From: an uncultured Acidobacteriaceae bacterium
GTDB lineage: Bacteria; Acidobacteriota; Terriglobia; Acidiferrales; UBA7541
DNA length: 64,000 nucleotides
Direction: 5' to 3'
NCBI GenBank assembly: GCA_964524985.1
Contig: CAZGFL010000029.1
Coordinates: forward strand, 11,283 to 75,282
Shown: positions 11,000 to 22,026 of the stretch, in pieces
Position numbering within the stretch: the stretch's first letter is position 1
How the letters are laid out: every line of letters starts with the position of its first letter
Notes under the pieces: generated by a model
Databases searched by the model: none
What the model was told of the DNA's origin: nothing
The model's input: the letters and a program-made list of their open reading frames with translations, nothing else
Translations under genes and position numbers: made by a program

Positions 11000-13144
11000 T
11001 CACGCGCGTTCTTCCCCGCCGATTTCCGAGAAGTCGGCAATCGTCGTGAATTCCCGCAACAGTTCCGCGAGCAACGACAGTCGGTTGTTACGCACGGCTT
11101 CCTTGTCCGCCATCACCATCACGCCATCGAAGAACTTGTCCACTGCGGGCCGCAGGCCAGCAATGATCTCGAGGGCCTCTTGGTACTTGCCTCCCCGTTT
11201 CAGGGTTTGCACTTTACTTGCCGCTGCGCGGACACTCGAGTGAAGATCCTTCTCGGCCGTGCTTTCAAAGAGCTCGGAATTGACGTGCCTTTCTTCTTGT
11301 GGTGCCACCCCGGCCTTTTCGAGGATCTTACGTGTGCGTTTGAATGAGACCGCCAGCGGCTCAAAGTTCTTGGACTTGCGGATGGCCTTGAGCGCCACCA
11401 GCCGCTTTTGTGCATCCACAAGATCGTCAGCGCCGGCCCGGAACACGGCGGCGACTTCATCGTAGCTGAACTGTTCCCGTTCGCGGAAAACGAACTTGAC
11501 GCGGTCCAGAATGAAATCGAGAACCTTGTTCTCTTGCTCAGGAGTAACGCCCCGCTTCGGTTTCAGCGTGACGAGCGCTTTGGAAGCAGCCCCAATGGCG
11601 GACGTGAGAGAAATGGGTAGTTTCTTTTCCAGAATGATTTTGACGATGCCAAGGGACGCACGCCGGAGCGCGTAAGGATCGCTCGATCCAGTCGGAACGA
11701 CTCCGACGGCAAGGCAACCCACTACGGAATCGAGCTTGTCCGCCAAGGCCACAGCGCAACCCGTGAGATTGCGTGGTATGGGATCGTCCAGGCCAACAGG
11801 CCGGTAGTGGTCATAGATGGCGTCGGCCACTTCATTGGATTCGCCTTGCGCGCGAGCGTAAAGCCCTCCAACAATTCCCTGAAGCTCCGGGAATTCCCGG
11901 ACCATTTCCGTCGCGAGGTCGCACTTCGCGAGTTCCGCCGCATGGTCCGCTTCAGAGACATGCGCTTGCAGCATTCCGAGATTGAACCACTGCTCGGCGA
12001 GCCAACGGGCGATGGAGCGAACCCGCTCGACCTTGTCCCGATAGCTGCCCAGCCGCGACTCATAAGTCACCCGCTCGAGCTTGGGGAGATAGTCGGCGAG
12101 CCGACATTTCTGGTCGGACTCCCAGAAGAACCGCGCGTCGGCGAATCGTGCGCGGAGAACGCGTTCATGTCCGGCCCGGATGATGCCCTTCTTGTCTTTG
12201 TCCGCGTTAATGACCGCAAGGAAGTGCGGCGCGAGTTCTCCACTCTTCTTCTGGACAGCAAAATACTTTTGATGATCCCGCATCACCGTCACGAGAATTT
12301 CGTCGGGAAGGTCCAGAAAAGCGGGATCAAAATCCCCCTGAATGACGGAAGGAAACTCATTGAGATAGGCAACGAGCTTGCGAAGGCCGACGTCCTCATG
12401 CAGTTGATGGCCGCCGCGATTGGCGAGGGCGTCGAGTTCCTTGTTGATCTTCTCGGTGCGGCGTGATGGACGAATGATGACGCCGTTGGAGTAAAGCTTC
12501 TTCTCGTAGTCGGCGAATCCTGAAACACGAATGGCATCCGCGCCAAGGAAACGGTGGCCCCGCGTTTGGTTCCCGGAAGGCACGCCGCCAACGGTGAGTT
12601 TCAGTGGCTTGCCATCGAGGACGGCGACCACCCAACGAATCGGTCGTATGAAACGCGGGCCACTCAATCCAGTCCAAGTCATAGAGCGCGGCCAAGTGAG
12701 GTCGTGAACCGCGCGCGGGAGAATCACGGCGAGAATTTGTTCGGCGGTGCGTCCGCGTTTAACTTGTTTGGTGGCGAGGTATTCGCCCTTAGCGGTCTTC
12801 ACGAGATACAGGTCGTTGACATGGACCCGCTGTTTCTCGGCGAAGCTGAGAGCGGCGCGTGTCGGCGCGCCGACCGAATCATAGGCCACGGATTTCGGCG
12901 GGCCCGTAACTTCAAGTTCGATGTCCGGCTGCTTCACCTGGAGGCCGCGCACCCACGCGGTCAAGCGGCGCGGGGCGCTAAACGTTTCCACGCAAACGCC
13001 TGCGGAGAAGTCCTCGGCGCCGAGCAGTTTCTCGATATTGGTGCGAAGTTCCTCTTCGGCCTTCGGCAGCATGCCGGCCGGGATCTCTTCGCAGCCGACT
13101 TCAAACAGAAGTTCAATGAGTTTCGGCTTTTTGGCGAGTTTCAC
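11000..13144 (-). CDS. glyS: Glycine-tRNA ligase beta subunit
   Basis: [44 protein letters not shown]; overlaps glyQ stop. Confidence 0.96.
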   Translation of the reverse strand: MKLAKKPKLIELLFEVGCEEIPAGMLPKAEEELRTNIEKLLGAEDFSAGVCVETFSAPRRLTAWVRGLQVKQPDIELEVTGPPKSVAYDSVGAPTRAALSFAEKQRVHVNDLYLVKTAKGEYLATKQVKRGRTAEQILAVILPRAVHDLTWPRSMTWTGLSGPRFIRPIRWVVAVLDGKPLKLTVGGVPSGNQTRGHRFLGADAIRVSGFADYEKKLYSNGVIIRPSRRTEKINKELDALANRGGHQLHEDVGLRKLVAYLNEFPSVIQGDFDPAFLDLPDEILVTVMRDHQKYFAVQKKSGELAPHFLAVINADKDKKGIIRAGHERVLRARFADARFFWESDQKCRLADYLPKLERVTYESRLGSYRDKVERVRSIARWLAEQWFNLGMLQAHVSEADHAAELAKCDLATEMVREFPELQGIVGGLYARAQGESNEVADAIYDHYRPVGLDDPIPRNLTGCAVALADKLDSVVGCLAVGVVPTGSSDPYALRRASLGIVKIILEKKLPISLTSAIGAASKALVTLKPKRGVTPEQENKVLDFILDRVKFVFREREQFSYDEVAAVFRAGADDLVDAQKRLVALKAIRKSKNFEPLAVSFKRTRKILEKAGVAPQEERHVNSELFESTAEKDLHSSVRAAASKVQTLKRGGKYQEALEIIAGLRPAVDKFFDGVMVMADKEAVRNNRLSLLAELLREFTTIADFSEIGGEERA

Positions 13145-14079
13145 GCGCGCACCTCACCGCGCGCGCCATTCAGCTGTTCCAGGTAGGCGGAAGCCATGCG
13201 GCACGCAAGCGTGCGCACTCGCGCCATTAAGGCCGCACGTTCCGTCGTGGAGATTACTCCGCGCGCGTCCATCAAGTTGAAGAGATGGGAACACTTTAGA
13301 CAATGATCGTAAGCAGCAAGAAGCGGGTAGCGGGCGCGATCCTTCCCTTCCATGCCTTTGAAGCCGTCGAGCAGTTCCTTGGCTTGCTTCTCATGCAACT
13401 CAAATTCGGAGCGAATCGCCGGCGCATCGCTGCGATCAAAGCTGTATTCGGAAAGTTGCTGTTCCTCAAGAAGCCGGATTTCGCCGTACGTCTTATTTGC
13501 GGACCACCGCAAGTCGTAGACGTTCTCGACTCCCTGCAGAAACGCACAGATACGTTCAAGGCCGTAGGTCAATTCCACCGAAATGGGATCGAGATCGATG
13601 CCCCCGCTCTGCTGGAAATACGTAAATTGTGTAATCTCCAACCCATCCAACAAGACCTGCCAGCCGATACCCCATGCACCGAGCGTCGGGGATTCCCAGT
13701 TGTCTTCCTCGAAGCGAATGTCGTGGTCCTCGAGCCGAATCCCGATCGCGGCAAGACTTTTCAGGTAAACATCTTGTACGTCTACGGGCGAAGGCTTGAG
13801 GACGACTTGAAATTGTGTGTGCTTGTAGAGGCGGTTGGGATTCTCGCCATAACGACCGTCGGCGGGCCGACGACTCGGCTGCACGTAGCCGACGCGATAG
13901 GGATGCGGACCGAGAACGCGGAGGAATGTTTCTGGATGCATCGTGCCCGCCCCAACCTCGACGTCATACGGTTGCTGCAGCACGCAGCCCTGCTTCGCCC
14001 AGAAATGCGACAACAGTAGGATAAGATCCTGAAAGTTCGGACCCTGCGGCTTGTATTCAAGTTTTACTTTAACTTTCAA
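13141..14079 (-). CDS. glyQ: Glycine-tRNA ligase alpha subunit
   Basis: [43 protein letters not shown]. Confidence 0.97.
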   Translation of the reverse strand: MKVKVKLEYKPQGPNFQDLILLLSHFWAKQGCVLQQPYDVEVGAGTMHPETFLRVLGPHPYRVGYVQPSRRPADGRYGENPNRLYKHTQFQVVLKPSPVDVQDVYLKSLAAIGIRLEDHDIRFEEDNWESPTLGAWGIGWQVLLDGLEITQFTYFQQSGGIDLDPISVELTYGLERICAFLQGVENVYDLRWSANKTYGEIRLLEEQQLSEYSFDRSDAPAIRSEFELHEKQAKELLDGFKGMEGKDRARYPLLAAYDHCLKCSHLFNLMDARGVISTTERAALMARVRTLACRMASAYLEQLNGARGEVRA

Positions 14080-14816
14080 GTGGTCTCCAGAAGTTCACGC
14101 GTGGCGAGCTTCTTCTCCAGATGCAACTCGATCCAGCCAAGGGACGCTTCTCTCAGCTCAGCGGCGCTCTGGTGAATCGCCTTGTCGTAAGTGAAGCGAT
14201 CAAGGCGCTCACTTGCGAAACGCTCCGCGAGTTCTCTCCCTTCGTGGCGCAGCGGCCGCATCCCGGGCCGCCGGCATTTTTCACAGAACAGTCCCGCATG
14301 GAATTTGTCAAAAAACGCCGGCCCCGAATGGAAGAGCGCCCCACACGATGAGCAGTGGTCAAACCGGGGAAGCCATCCACCGAGTCGTACAGTCCAAAAA
14401 GCAAAGTAACTGAGCGGCAGATGCCAGTCTCCCGTGCGATCGATCTCCCGCACCGCGAGAAGGATTAGCCGGAACATGGCCTCCGACACTTCACGCTCCG
14501 GAAGAACCAGCTCCGAGACTTCGCTGATGACCGCCAGACCGGTGCTCAGGCCGTAGTCGCTTTGGGCCTTGTGAAACGATTCCAGCAAGTCGGCTTGCTG
14601 GATACGCACCAAGTCTCGCGTCTCGCGCTCGACGTACCAAAGCTGCACATGCGAGAGAACTTCGAGCGTCGATCCGAAGCGGTTCTTCAGCCGGCGGGCG
14701 CCAGCGGCGACTCCCCGCAACCGTCCCGAGGACCGGCCGAGAAAACTCACCAAGCGGTCGGCCTCACCCAGCGGAAAGGTCTTCAGAATGATGGCTTCCG
14801 TTTCCCGGGCAGGCAT
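14076..14816 (-). CDS. recO: DNA repair protein RecO
   Basis: GEADRLV N-terminal OB-fold motif, CxxC..CxxC zinc finger, recO-glyQS synteny. Confidence 0.92.
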   Translation of the reverse strand: MPARETEAIILKTFPLGEADRLVSFLGRSSGRLRGVAAGARRLKNRFGSTLEVLSHVQLWYVERETRDLVRIQQADLLESFHKAQSDYGLSTGLAVISEVSELVLPEREVSEAMFRLILLAVREIDRTGDWHLPLSYFAFWTVRLGGWLPRFDHCSSCGALFHSGPAFFDKFHAGLFCEKCRRPGMRPLRHEGRELAERFASERLDRFTYDKAIHQSAAELREASLGWIELHLEKKLATRELLETT

Positions 14817-15203
14817 GAGCAGTCGGCGCGCCGACGCTGCGCCGGACCACCGCAGCACTCTGTCCGAATCGCGCGCATACGCGGAACCCATTTACTTACC
14901 ACACGCGCCGCTGCGAAGCAATGATGCGAGCAAAGATTTTCAAATCAACGTCAGTTGAGACTTGCACAGCTGACTCGGATCGAGGATGGTGCCCGGATGC
15001 ACAAGCTATTGCCACGGCCCCAAAGTGGAGGGGGCTGCCATGAAGGCGGCAAGAATTCCGCCCAAGACAGTTCTCAAATGAAGGCCATCGCAGCGAAAGG
15101 TGTTCTGTTAACCAGGCGTTCCGCTTCCGGCAGATTATAAGACGCGCGGATTTCCCGCCTTTCTATTTCGTGTCTGTTTCGCTACTCTGCTGCGGACCTT
15201 GCC

Positions 15204-15872
15204 ATGTTCATTCCGCTCAAAGATCTCAATCCCTCGCGCAGCTACCCCTTTGTGAACATCACGCTCATTCTCGCAAACGTAGCAGTGTTCCTGTATGAGA
15301 CCGGGCTGCAGCTAACCCTCTCAGATCGCGCCTTTGCCTCCCTTATGCGCGAGTACTCGACTGTACCTGCGCGCTTCGCTTCTTTCCTTGCTGGGCATAC
15401 CAGCTTTGAAGCCGCGTTCCTGCCGCTGCTTACCAGCATGTTTCTTCACTCGGGGTGGCTGCACATTGCCGGAAACATGCTCTTTCTTTGGATCTTTGGC
15501 GACAACGTTGAGGACTTTTTCGGGCACCTTCCTTATCTGGTCTTTTATCTAGTCTGCGGAATTGGGTCGGGTCTGCTCCACGTGTTCTTCAACTGGCACT
15601 CCACGGTTCCTGCGGTGGGCGCGAGCGGCGCGATCTCCGGGGTCATGGGTGCTTACATCCTGCTTTATCCGCGGGCACGGATTCTCACGCTGGTGATCAT
15701 CTTTCCCATACCGATCCCCGCCATAATCTTTTTGGGGCTGTGGTTTGTAGGCCAATTCTTGGCCGGAGTCAGCACTATTGGAGTGCGAGTCACAGGCGGC
15801 GTGGCCGTCTGGGCGCACGTCGGAGGGTTTCTTCTGGGAATGCTGCTGACTGCGATGGCAAGGAAAGAGTGA
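15204..15872 (+). CDS. Rhomboid family intramembrane serine protease
   Basis: FLHSGWLHIAGNM, GASGAISG (catalytic Ser), AHVGG (catalytic His). Confidence 0.93.
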   Translation: MFIPLKDLNPSRSYPFVNITLILANVAVFLYETGLQLTLSDRAFASLMREYSTVPARFASFLAGHTSFEAAFLPLLTSMFLHSGWLHIAGNMLFLWIFGDNVEDFFGHLPYLVFYLVCGIGSGLLHVFFNWHSTVPAVGASGAISGVMGAYILLYPRARILTLVIIFPIPIPAIIFLGLWFVGQFLAGVSTIGVRVTGGVAVWAHVGGFLLGMLLTAMARKE

Positions 15873-15928
15873 AACGTCGAGTTAAAGTATCACTTTAGCT
15901 GCCAGGGAAATCACTGCGGTTGCTCGGC

Positions 15929-17029
15929 TTACTGCGGCTTCAGAGCTTCGACCGCTTTCCCCGCCAGCCAATTCCCGACCTCGACGGTTTTTTTATTGCC
16001 ACCCAAGTCAGGTGTGACAAAGCTCTCGCGAACGGCGGCGCGTACCGCAGCGCGAATGGCATTCGCTTCCGATTTCCATCCTAGAAAATCGAGCATCATG
16101 CCCGACGTGAGAACGGACCCCAACGGATTGGCGATTCCCTTCCCGGCAATATTGGGCGCGGAGCCATGCACCGGCTCGAAAAGCGAAATTCTCCCGGGAT
16201 GGATATTTCCCGACGGCGCAAGTCCGAGCCCGCCCGCGAGTTGCGCGCCGAGGTCGCTGATGATATCGCCAAAGAGGTTGCAGGTGACAATCACGTCAAA
16301 TTGCCGCGGGTCGCGAACAATCTCCATGGCTAAGGTGTCAATGTACAAGTGGCGGGAATCGATGTCGCCATATTCCTGACGGACTTCCTTAAAAACCCGT
16401 TGCCACAGGTCATGCGCGAACGTCATGGCGTTGGACTTGTCGCTCATGCACACACGCTTGAGCCCATTTTGCCGGGCGTAGTCGAACGCATAGCGGACGA
16501 TGCGCTCCACGCCTTTGCGCGAATTCATATCTTCCTGGACCGCGATTTCGTCGGCAGTGCCCTTCTTGAAGAAGCCGCCAACGCCGACATACAGCCCCTC
16601 GGTATTCTCACGAAAGACCATGATGCGGATGTCTTTCTCCGTGCGGTCGCGCAGCGGGGTGAGGCGGTCGTGAAGCAATTCCACGGGGCGGGCATTGACA
16701 TACAGATCCAGCTTGAAACGCAACCCCAGCAGGATATCCGCGGCGTGCTGGTTAGATGGGACGCGCGGGTCGCCGAGAGCGCCAAACAAAATGGCGTCGA
16801 ACTCGTCGCGCAGCATCTCCACGGCCCCTGCGGGAAGCGTTATGCCCTCTCGCAGAAACTTGTCCGCGCCCCAGTCAAAGGAAACAAATTCGATGGCGCG
16901 CTTGCCGGGAGCCGTAACGGCCTGCAAAACCTTCACCGCTTCCGGCGTGACTTCCGCGCCAATACCGTCCCCGGGAATCACAGCAATGCGCGCGGCCTTG
17001 CCGCCATTTCTCATGGGAGTGCCAGCCAA
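15929..17029 (-). CDS. Isocitrate/isopropylmalate dehydrogenase family (LeuB-like)
   Basis: IPGDGIGAEV, RENTEGLY, NLFGDIISD, EPVHGSAP; AGGAGG upstream of the TTG start. Confidence 0.9.
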   Translation of the reverse strand: MAGTPMRNGGKAARIAVIPGDGIGAEVTPEAVKVLQAVTAPGKRAIEFVSFDWGADKFLREGITLPAGAVEMLRDEFDAILFGALGDPRVPSNQHAADILLGLRFKLDLYVNARPVELLHDRLTPLRDRTEKDIRIMVFRENTEGLYVGVGGFFKKGTADEIAVQEDMNSRKGVERIVRYAFDYARQNGLKRVCMSDKSNAMTFAHDLWQRVFKEVRQEYGDIDSRHLYIDTLAMEIVRDPRQFDVIVTCNLFGDIISDLGAQLAGGLGLAPSGNIHPGRISLFEPVHGSAPNIAGKGIANPLGSVLTSGMMLDFLGWKSEANAIRAAVRAAVRESFVTPDLGGNKKTVEVGNWLAGKAVEALKPQ

Positions 17030-17091
17030 GTTCCTGCCTCCTGCGGCTACTATCCTTGTGCAGCTCTAAGTCTTAAGACGACGGCCTCATC

Positions 17092-19014
17092 TTACTTGAG
17101 CTTTGCGAATTCAGCGCGGGCTGTTTTTAGGATGGGAACATCCGGATCGGCCGTTTTCCAGAGATCAAAAAATCGTTGGTACGCATTGCGGGCGGCCGTC
17201 GTCGAACCAGAGAGCGCATGCGCGCGCGCTTCCCCGACGAGCGCCAGCGCACCCGACCAGCAGTTGCCGACCACCCCGCGGTTGTCCATCAGCTTCTGAT
17301 ACTCCGCTAGGGCTTGCGCTCCTTGCTTGAGGCTGAGATAAGCCTCGGCCCGGAGATACACGGGCACCATGCAGGAGTAGCTGAGGTTCCCAATCAGTTG
17401 GCCCCGTTCGTAAGGCTTGACCGCTTCGAGCAGGTCCACCGCCTCCCCGGGCTTCTGATTGGTCAAGGCAGCTTGCGCGCGGACCGTGGGAATCCAGGCC
17501 GACTGCACGACGGTATTGGAAACATTGGCGGCTGCCAGATCGTCCAGCATGGTTTGCGAGCGGCGCAGATCGCCGGCTCTGGCCAGGACAAGAATCGCCA
17601 TCGTTTGCACGTCCCGGCTATTCGGGGCAATTTCAAGCGCTTTGTCGGCGCCGGCGCGTGCCTCCTGCAGGTCGCCATAGATCACGTCACGCAGCGCCGC
17701 AATTCCCTGCCAGATAGCGGCTGGCTCGGCAAGCTGCGCTTTCTGCGCGGCTTCTACCGCACGGCGCGACAGTTCGCGCGCCTTCTTCAGGTGGCCGGTG
17801 TAGGCCTCCGTGTCCGCTTGCAGCGCCAGCATGGCGTCCTCGCCGCCGACTTTCCCGACCGACCAGTCCATCTCGCGCTGCATGGCTATTTTGTCGTTTT
17901 GCAGGAAAGCGAGTGCGTAGAGATCGGAGTGCATGGCTGCGTCATCAAGTTTGCGTGCGAAGGCCTGATTGATGACATTTTGCGCCTCCTCCAGGCGCAT
18001 CAGCGCGATATAAGCCGTGGAGACGTTTTCATACCAGGCCGCGCTTCCGGGATCGAGCCGCAATGCCTGCTGCGCATAATTGGCGGCCTGCTCGTAATCG
18101 CCAATCAGGAAATATTCCGACGCCAGATTGCCTTTGGCGATGTCGTCTCGCGGATAGAGCTGCACCCATTCCTTGTAGCTCGCAATGGCTTTCTGAACGT
18201 CGCCCGTGCCAAGGTCGTAGTACAGCGTGGTGATGTGCAGCCGGTCGCGCATCGTTTGCCGGTCGGCAAGCTCGAAAGCCTGTCGAATGCGGTCGGCGGC
18301 GAGCGCGTTCTGGTTTAGGTTGTAATAGCCTACGGCGAGATTGGAGTACGCGAGCGCAAACTTGGGATCGAGCTCAATTGCTTTCTTCAGGGCCGGAACA
18401 GCTTCGACGGAACCCTGCTCGCGTGTGAGGCGGCGCCCTTCCGCAAAAGATTTCAGCGCGTCCAGCGAGGGGGTCGTGGCGCGATCGAGCGCGAGGTCAA
18501 ATTTCTTGAGCGAAGCGAGGTCTTCGCCCAGCTTGGCACGAAGTTCCGCGGCTGCCATGCCAAGGGCGTGAACGACATCGTCCTTGCGGTCCGCGTCTGC
18601 TTTGGCAGAGGCGATTTCGTCCGCCGTAGAGCACCGGAAGGCGCGCAGTTTCAGCGAATAGCCGCTTCCATTCTTGGCGACGGAGCCGTTGAGAAAGACC
18701 GTCGCGCCGAGGCGCTGGCAAAGCCTCGGCGCAATTTCTCTCGTGAGCTGGGCATTTGCCGCAAGCGATTCGGAACGCATCGCCTCGGACACCTTTTCCG
18801 CCGAAATCAGATTGAGCAGCGGCGACTGGGCGAGGCTGATTGCCAGGCCTTCCCGCAAGGACCCGTCGAAGACCGGATCGCCGGAGTTGTTGGTGAAATC
18901 GCCGACGATCATGCTGTCCGCTTCGGTTAGCTTCGTGCTTCCGTGGAAATACCAGATCGCGCCGAACGCCAGTGCGCCGCACAAAAGCAGGGCGATGGTG
19001 ATCTTAGTCTTCAT
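17092..19014 (-). CDS. Membrane-anchored TPR-repeat protein resembling the C-terminal part of acidobacterial Ser/Thr kinases
   Basis: N-terminal signal/TM, DFTNNSGDPVFDGSLR..QSP segment, multiple TPRs, C-terminal WKTADPDVPIL..ARAE. Confidence 0.8.
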   Translation of the reverse strand: MKTKITIALLLCGALAFGAIWYFHGSTKLTEADSMIVGDFTNNSGDPVFDGSLREGLAISLAQSPLLNLISAEKVSEAMRSESLAANAQLTREIAPRLCQRLGATVFLNGSVAKNGSGYSLKLRAFRCSTADEIASAKADADRKDDVVHALGMAAAELRAKLGEDLASLKKFDLALDRATTPSLDALKSFAEGRRLTREQGSVEAVPALKKAIELDPKFALAYSNLAVGYYNLNQNALAADRIRQAFELADRQTMRDRLHITTLYYDLGTGDVQKAIASYKEWVQLYPRDDIAKGNLASEYFLIGDYEQAANYAQQALRLDPGSAAWYENVSTAYIALMRLEEAQNVINQAFARKLDDAAMHSDLYALAFLQNDKIAMQREMDWSVGKVGGEDAMLALQADTEAYTGHLKKARELSRRAVEAAQKAQLAEPAAIWQGIAALRDVIYGDLQEARAGADKALEIAPNSRDVQTMAILVLARAGDLRRSQTMLDDLAAANVSNTVVQSAWIPTVRAQAALTNQKPGEAVDLLEAVKPYERGQLIGNLSYSCMVPVYLRAEAYLSLKQGAQALAEYQKLMDNRGVVGNCWSGALALVGEARAHALSGSTTAARNAYQRFFDLWKTADPDVPILKTARAEFAKLK

Positions 19015-19256
19015 ACACCAGGCCTTGCCGGACAAGAATCAACGGATGCCATGGCAATCGCGCGCAAGAACTGCGTCGCCGGATGGATGAGAATCGAATA
19101 CCCACCTCAGGATAAAGCCGACTTGGCCGCATAGTAAGCGTTGCGGATACGAACGTCAACGACAACTGCGAGATCGCGTTTATGACGCGATGTTGTCCTT
19201 TAGCAGGCTGCTGAAGAAACGACGCCGAAGACTAAACCGCGTGCTCGGGTGAGACT

Positions 19257-19280
19257 AACGGCATTCCCGCCTCTTCGTCT
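19257..19280 (+). promoter_or_regulatory. Possible ECF-sigma promoter (AAC-N16-CGTC)
   Basis: aac at 19257 and cgtc at 19276, about 40 nt upstream of the 19317 start; pattern match only. Confidence 0.25.
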
Positions 19281-19316
19281 AAGTCTCGTACCTGCTCTCA
19301 CCGTTCGGAGATTGTC

Positions 19317-19916
19317 ATGAAACTAGGGATCGTTGTCCTTTTTCTTGGTTCGCTGTTCGTCCCAGGATACGCGCGTGGGCAGGAAGCCTGCACGGTCGTG
19401 GCGAAGGGGGATCCCAGGTGGCAACAACTGGATCGGCAGTATGCCCGGATAGAACAGGCAACGATTGCGAAGAACCCCAAGCAGCTATTTGCAGTTTACG
19501 CTCCAGATTTTGAAGCTCACATGTTGAACGGCGAGGTATGGTCATTCAAGGAATCAGCCAGCTATTCCACCTCAGGCTTCGACAAGGTAAAGGAGAATCT
19601 CTCCATCAGCAACACCTTGCTGGACTTGAAAATTTGCGGGCCGACGTTGCTGAAAGTCACCGTTCTGCAACAGTGGTCAAGACGGCAGATCTCGTTGGGC
19701 AAATTGCGGCTCTTCCAAACTGTCACAGTTCAAGATGAGACGTGGGTTTCGATTGCAGGAGAGTGGAAACGGAAACTTGTCGATAACCTGCGGCCCGGCG
19801 CTTGGCTGGTAGATCTTAGGAGAGTCGATCCAACAAAGCCTTATGACCCGGAGGCCACCTCTTTTGATCCACACGGGTTAAAAACGGCGCATGATCCATC
19901 AACGAATGATCCGTGA
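19317..19916 (+). CDS. Exported hypothetical protein, probable NTF2/SnoaL-like fold
   Basis: Signal peptide (ARG-Q); YAPDF and DETW..IAGEWK patterns typical of NTF2-like domains. Confidence 0.6.
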   Translation: MKLGIVVLFLGSLFVPGYARGQEACTVVAKGDPRWQQLDRQYARIEQATIAKNPKQLFAVYAPDFEAHMLNGEVWSFKESASYSTSGFDKVKENLSISNTLLDLKICGPTLLKVTVLQQWSRRQISLGKLRLFQTVTVQDETWVSIAGEWKRKLVDNLRPGAWLVDLRRVDPTKPYDPEATSFDPHGLKTAHDPSTNDP

Positions 19917-19929
19917 CCTTGCAGCAAGC

Positions 19930-20892
19930 CTAGGACGCGTCTGCGCTCTGACGCCCGGACTCGATCCAGTACACGCCGCCGAGTGCCAGAACGCCGCCCA
20001 GCACCTGTCCCCGCGAGCCCTTCTCCCCGAGCAACAGAATGCCAAGGATGGTCGCTAGCACCGGCAGCACGTAGGTGAAGGCGCTGAGTTGCGAAGCCTC
20101 CAGATAACGTAAGAGCCAGAAATAGAACACGTAAGCCAGCGCCGAACTGAAGACCGCCATATAAAAAACGGCTGCCCACGGCTGCCAGGGAAAGGGCCAG
20201 CCCGGGCCTCGCACGAGGCTCCGCCCCTCCAGGATGGCCACGGGCAGCAGGAGAAGCGCCCCGGCGAAATGGTTGAACGCCGTCATCGTCAAGCTGTCGA
20301 ATTTTCCGGCGACTCGCTTGCCGAGGACCACATAGACAGCCAGCCCGATCGAGCCGGTCATGGTGATGGCATCGCCGACTAGCGACGGGGAATGCAGCGA
20401 AATGCCTTTGTCCGAGGCCAGCACTGCGATTCCAACCAGCGCGATCAGCATGCCGATGACTTTGTGTCCGGTGGCGCGCTCCAAACGGAATAAAACTGCC
20501 AGCACGAGAATGTAAATGGGCCCAAGTCCGACAATCACGGACGCGTGGCTGACGCTCGTATATTTCAGTCCGACGGTAAAGCACGTTTGATTTACCGCCA
20601 CTCCGAAAAAGCCCAGGTAGAAGAACACCCACAAGTCCCGCGCCGAAAAGCCCCGCCGCCGCAGCGCCGCCGCTTCCGCAAACACCGGTAACCGCGCACA
20701 CAGGAAATACACGGGAACCATGACCACTCCGGCTAGGACAACGCGGAAAGAAGCCATGGCCGGCGCCGGGAGGTATTGAAGTCCGATCTTCGCGGCAATG
20801 AAGTTCACCGCCCACACCACCACCAGCACGGCGAGCGATGCTGTGATTGCCAGGCGGCTGGGAGTTCGACCGCTGGAGGTTTCGATCTTCAC
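19930..20892 (-). CDS. DMT/EamA family transporter
   Basis: About 10 TM helices in two EamA repeats (WAVNF..K, LLGE). Confidence 0.88.
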   Translation of the reverse strand: MKIETSSGRTPSRLAITASLAVLVVVWAVNFIAAKIGLQYLPAPAMASFRVVLAGVVMVPVYFLCARLPVFAEAAALRRRGFSARDLWVFFYLGFFGVAVNQTCFTVGLKYTSVSHASVIVGLGPIYILVLAVLFRLERATGHKVIGMLIALVGIAVLASDKGISLHSPSLVGDAITMTGSIGLAVYVVLGKRVAGKFDSLTMTAFNHFAGALLLLPVAILEGRSLVRGPGWPFPWQPWAAVFYMAVFSSALAYVFYFWLLRYLEASQLSAFTYVLPVLATILGILLLGEKGSRGQVLGGVLALGGVYWIESGRQSADAS

Positions 20893-20896
20893 TGCT

Positions 20897-22003
20897 TCAA
20901 GCCAGCCGTTCTTTTCGCACGGTCAGTTTCTCGATGAGGTCGAGGCGCGGCTCGAAACCGATGCCCGGTCCGGTGGGAACGCGAATGGTCCCTTGCTCCG
21001 AAACTGTAACTTCCGGAGTGATGATGTCCTCGGTCCAATAGCGCTTGCTGGCACTCACGTCGCCGGGAAGTAGGAAGTTGGGAAGCGCCGAAAGCGCGAT
21101 ATTGTGCGCCCGGCCGATGCCGGACTCCAGCATCCCGCCGCACCAGACCGGTATGCCGTTCTCTTGGCAGAGGTCGTGCATGCGGCGCGCTACCGTCAGG
21201 CCACCGACGCGCCCCATCTTGATGTTGATGATTTTGCAGGCGCCCATCTCGATGGCCGCTCTTGCCTGTTCTTCCGTGTGAATGCATTCATCCAGGCAGA
21301 TCGGTGTATCGAGCCGCTTCTGCAGTTCCACGTGGCTGTAGAGGTCGTCCCAGCCCAGCGGCTGCTCGATCATCATCAGGTAGAAGCTTTCCAACTGCTT
21401 GAGCATCGGCCAGTTTTCGAGCGTGTACGCGGAATTCGCATCCACCATCAGCTTGATGCGCGGAAAATCCTGGCGCAGTCGCCGCACCAGCTCCAAGTCT
21501 TTTCCAGGCTTGATCTTGATCTTGATGCGCTGATAGCCCGCGGCAAGTTCCTTCTGCACCGTCGCGGAGAGTTCGTCGAGCGATGCTTGGATGCCTACCG
21601 AAACGCCGCAGGCTATTTCTTCGCGTGTTCCGCCGAGGAGCTTGGCGAGAGAAACGCCTTTCTGCCTGGCCTCGGCATCCCAACCCGCCGCTTCCAGCGC
21701 CGCCTTGGCCATGTTGTGCCCGCGCACATGCGCGAACATACCCCAGACTTCTGAAGCGCTCTCGAAACGCGCTCCCTTCACCAGCGGCCAAAGAAAATCG
21801 CGCAGGACCGGCCACGCGGTTTCCGTATATTCCGGGCTGTAAAAAGGCGTCTCGCCTGCCACGCATTCGCCCCAGCCCGTCACCCCGTCGATCTTCGCCT
21901 CAACCAGAATGATTCGGCGCGCCACGGTGCGATCCATGCTGGTTTCAAACGGCTTCACCAGCTTCATGTGGATTTCGCGAAGCGTGATTTCTTCGATGCG
22001 CAT
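20897..22003 (-). CDS. menC: o-succinylbenzoate synthase / N-succinylamino acid racemase (enolase superfamily)
   Basis: KIKIK, VDAN, IEQP, LDE, KMGRVGG, GGMLESGIG. Confidence 0.88.
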   Translation of the reverse strand: MRIEEITLREIHMKLVKPFETSMDRTVARRIILVEAKIDGVTGWGECVAGETPFYSPEYTETAWPVLRDFLWPLVKGARFESASEVWGMFAHVRGHNMAKAALEAAGWDAEARQKGVSLAKLLGGTREEIACGVSVGIQASLDELSATVQKELAAGYQRIKIKIKPGKDLELVRRLRQDFPRIKLMVDANSAYTLENWPMLKQLESFYLMMIEQPLGWDDLYSHVELQKRLDTPICLDECIHTEEQARAAIEMGACKIINIKMGRVGGLTVARRMHDLCQENGIPVWCGGMLESGIGRAHNIALSALPNFLLPGDVSASKRYWTEDIITPEVTVSEQGTIRVPTGPGIGFEPRLDLIEKLTVRKERLA

Positions 22004-22026
22004 GTCTTGGAGAATGGAAACCCTTC

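Noticed and set aside
19201-19220. tagcaggctgctgaagaaac resembles an IS terminal inverted repeat
   Set aside because: No partner end or transposase was found; a single short match is not enough.
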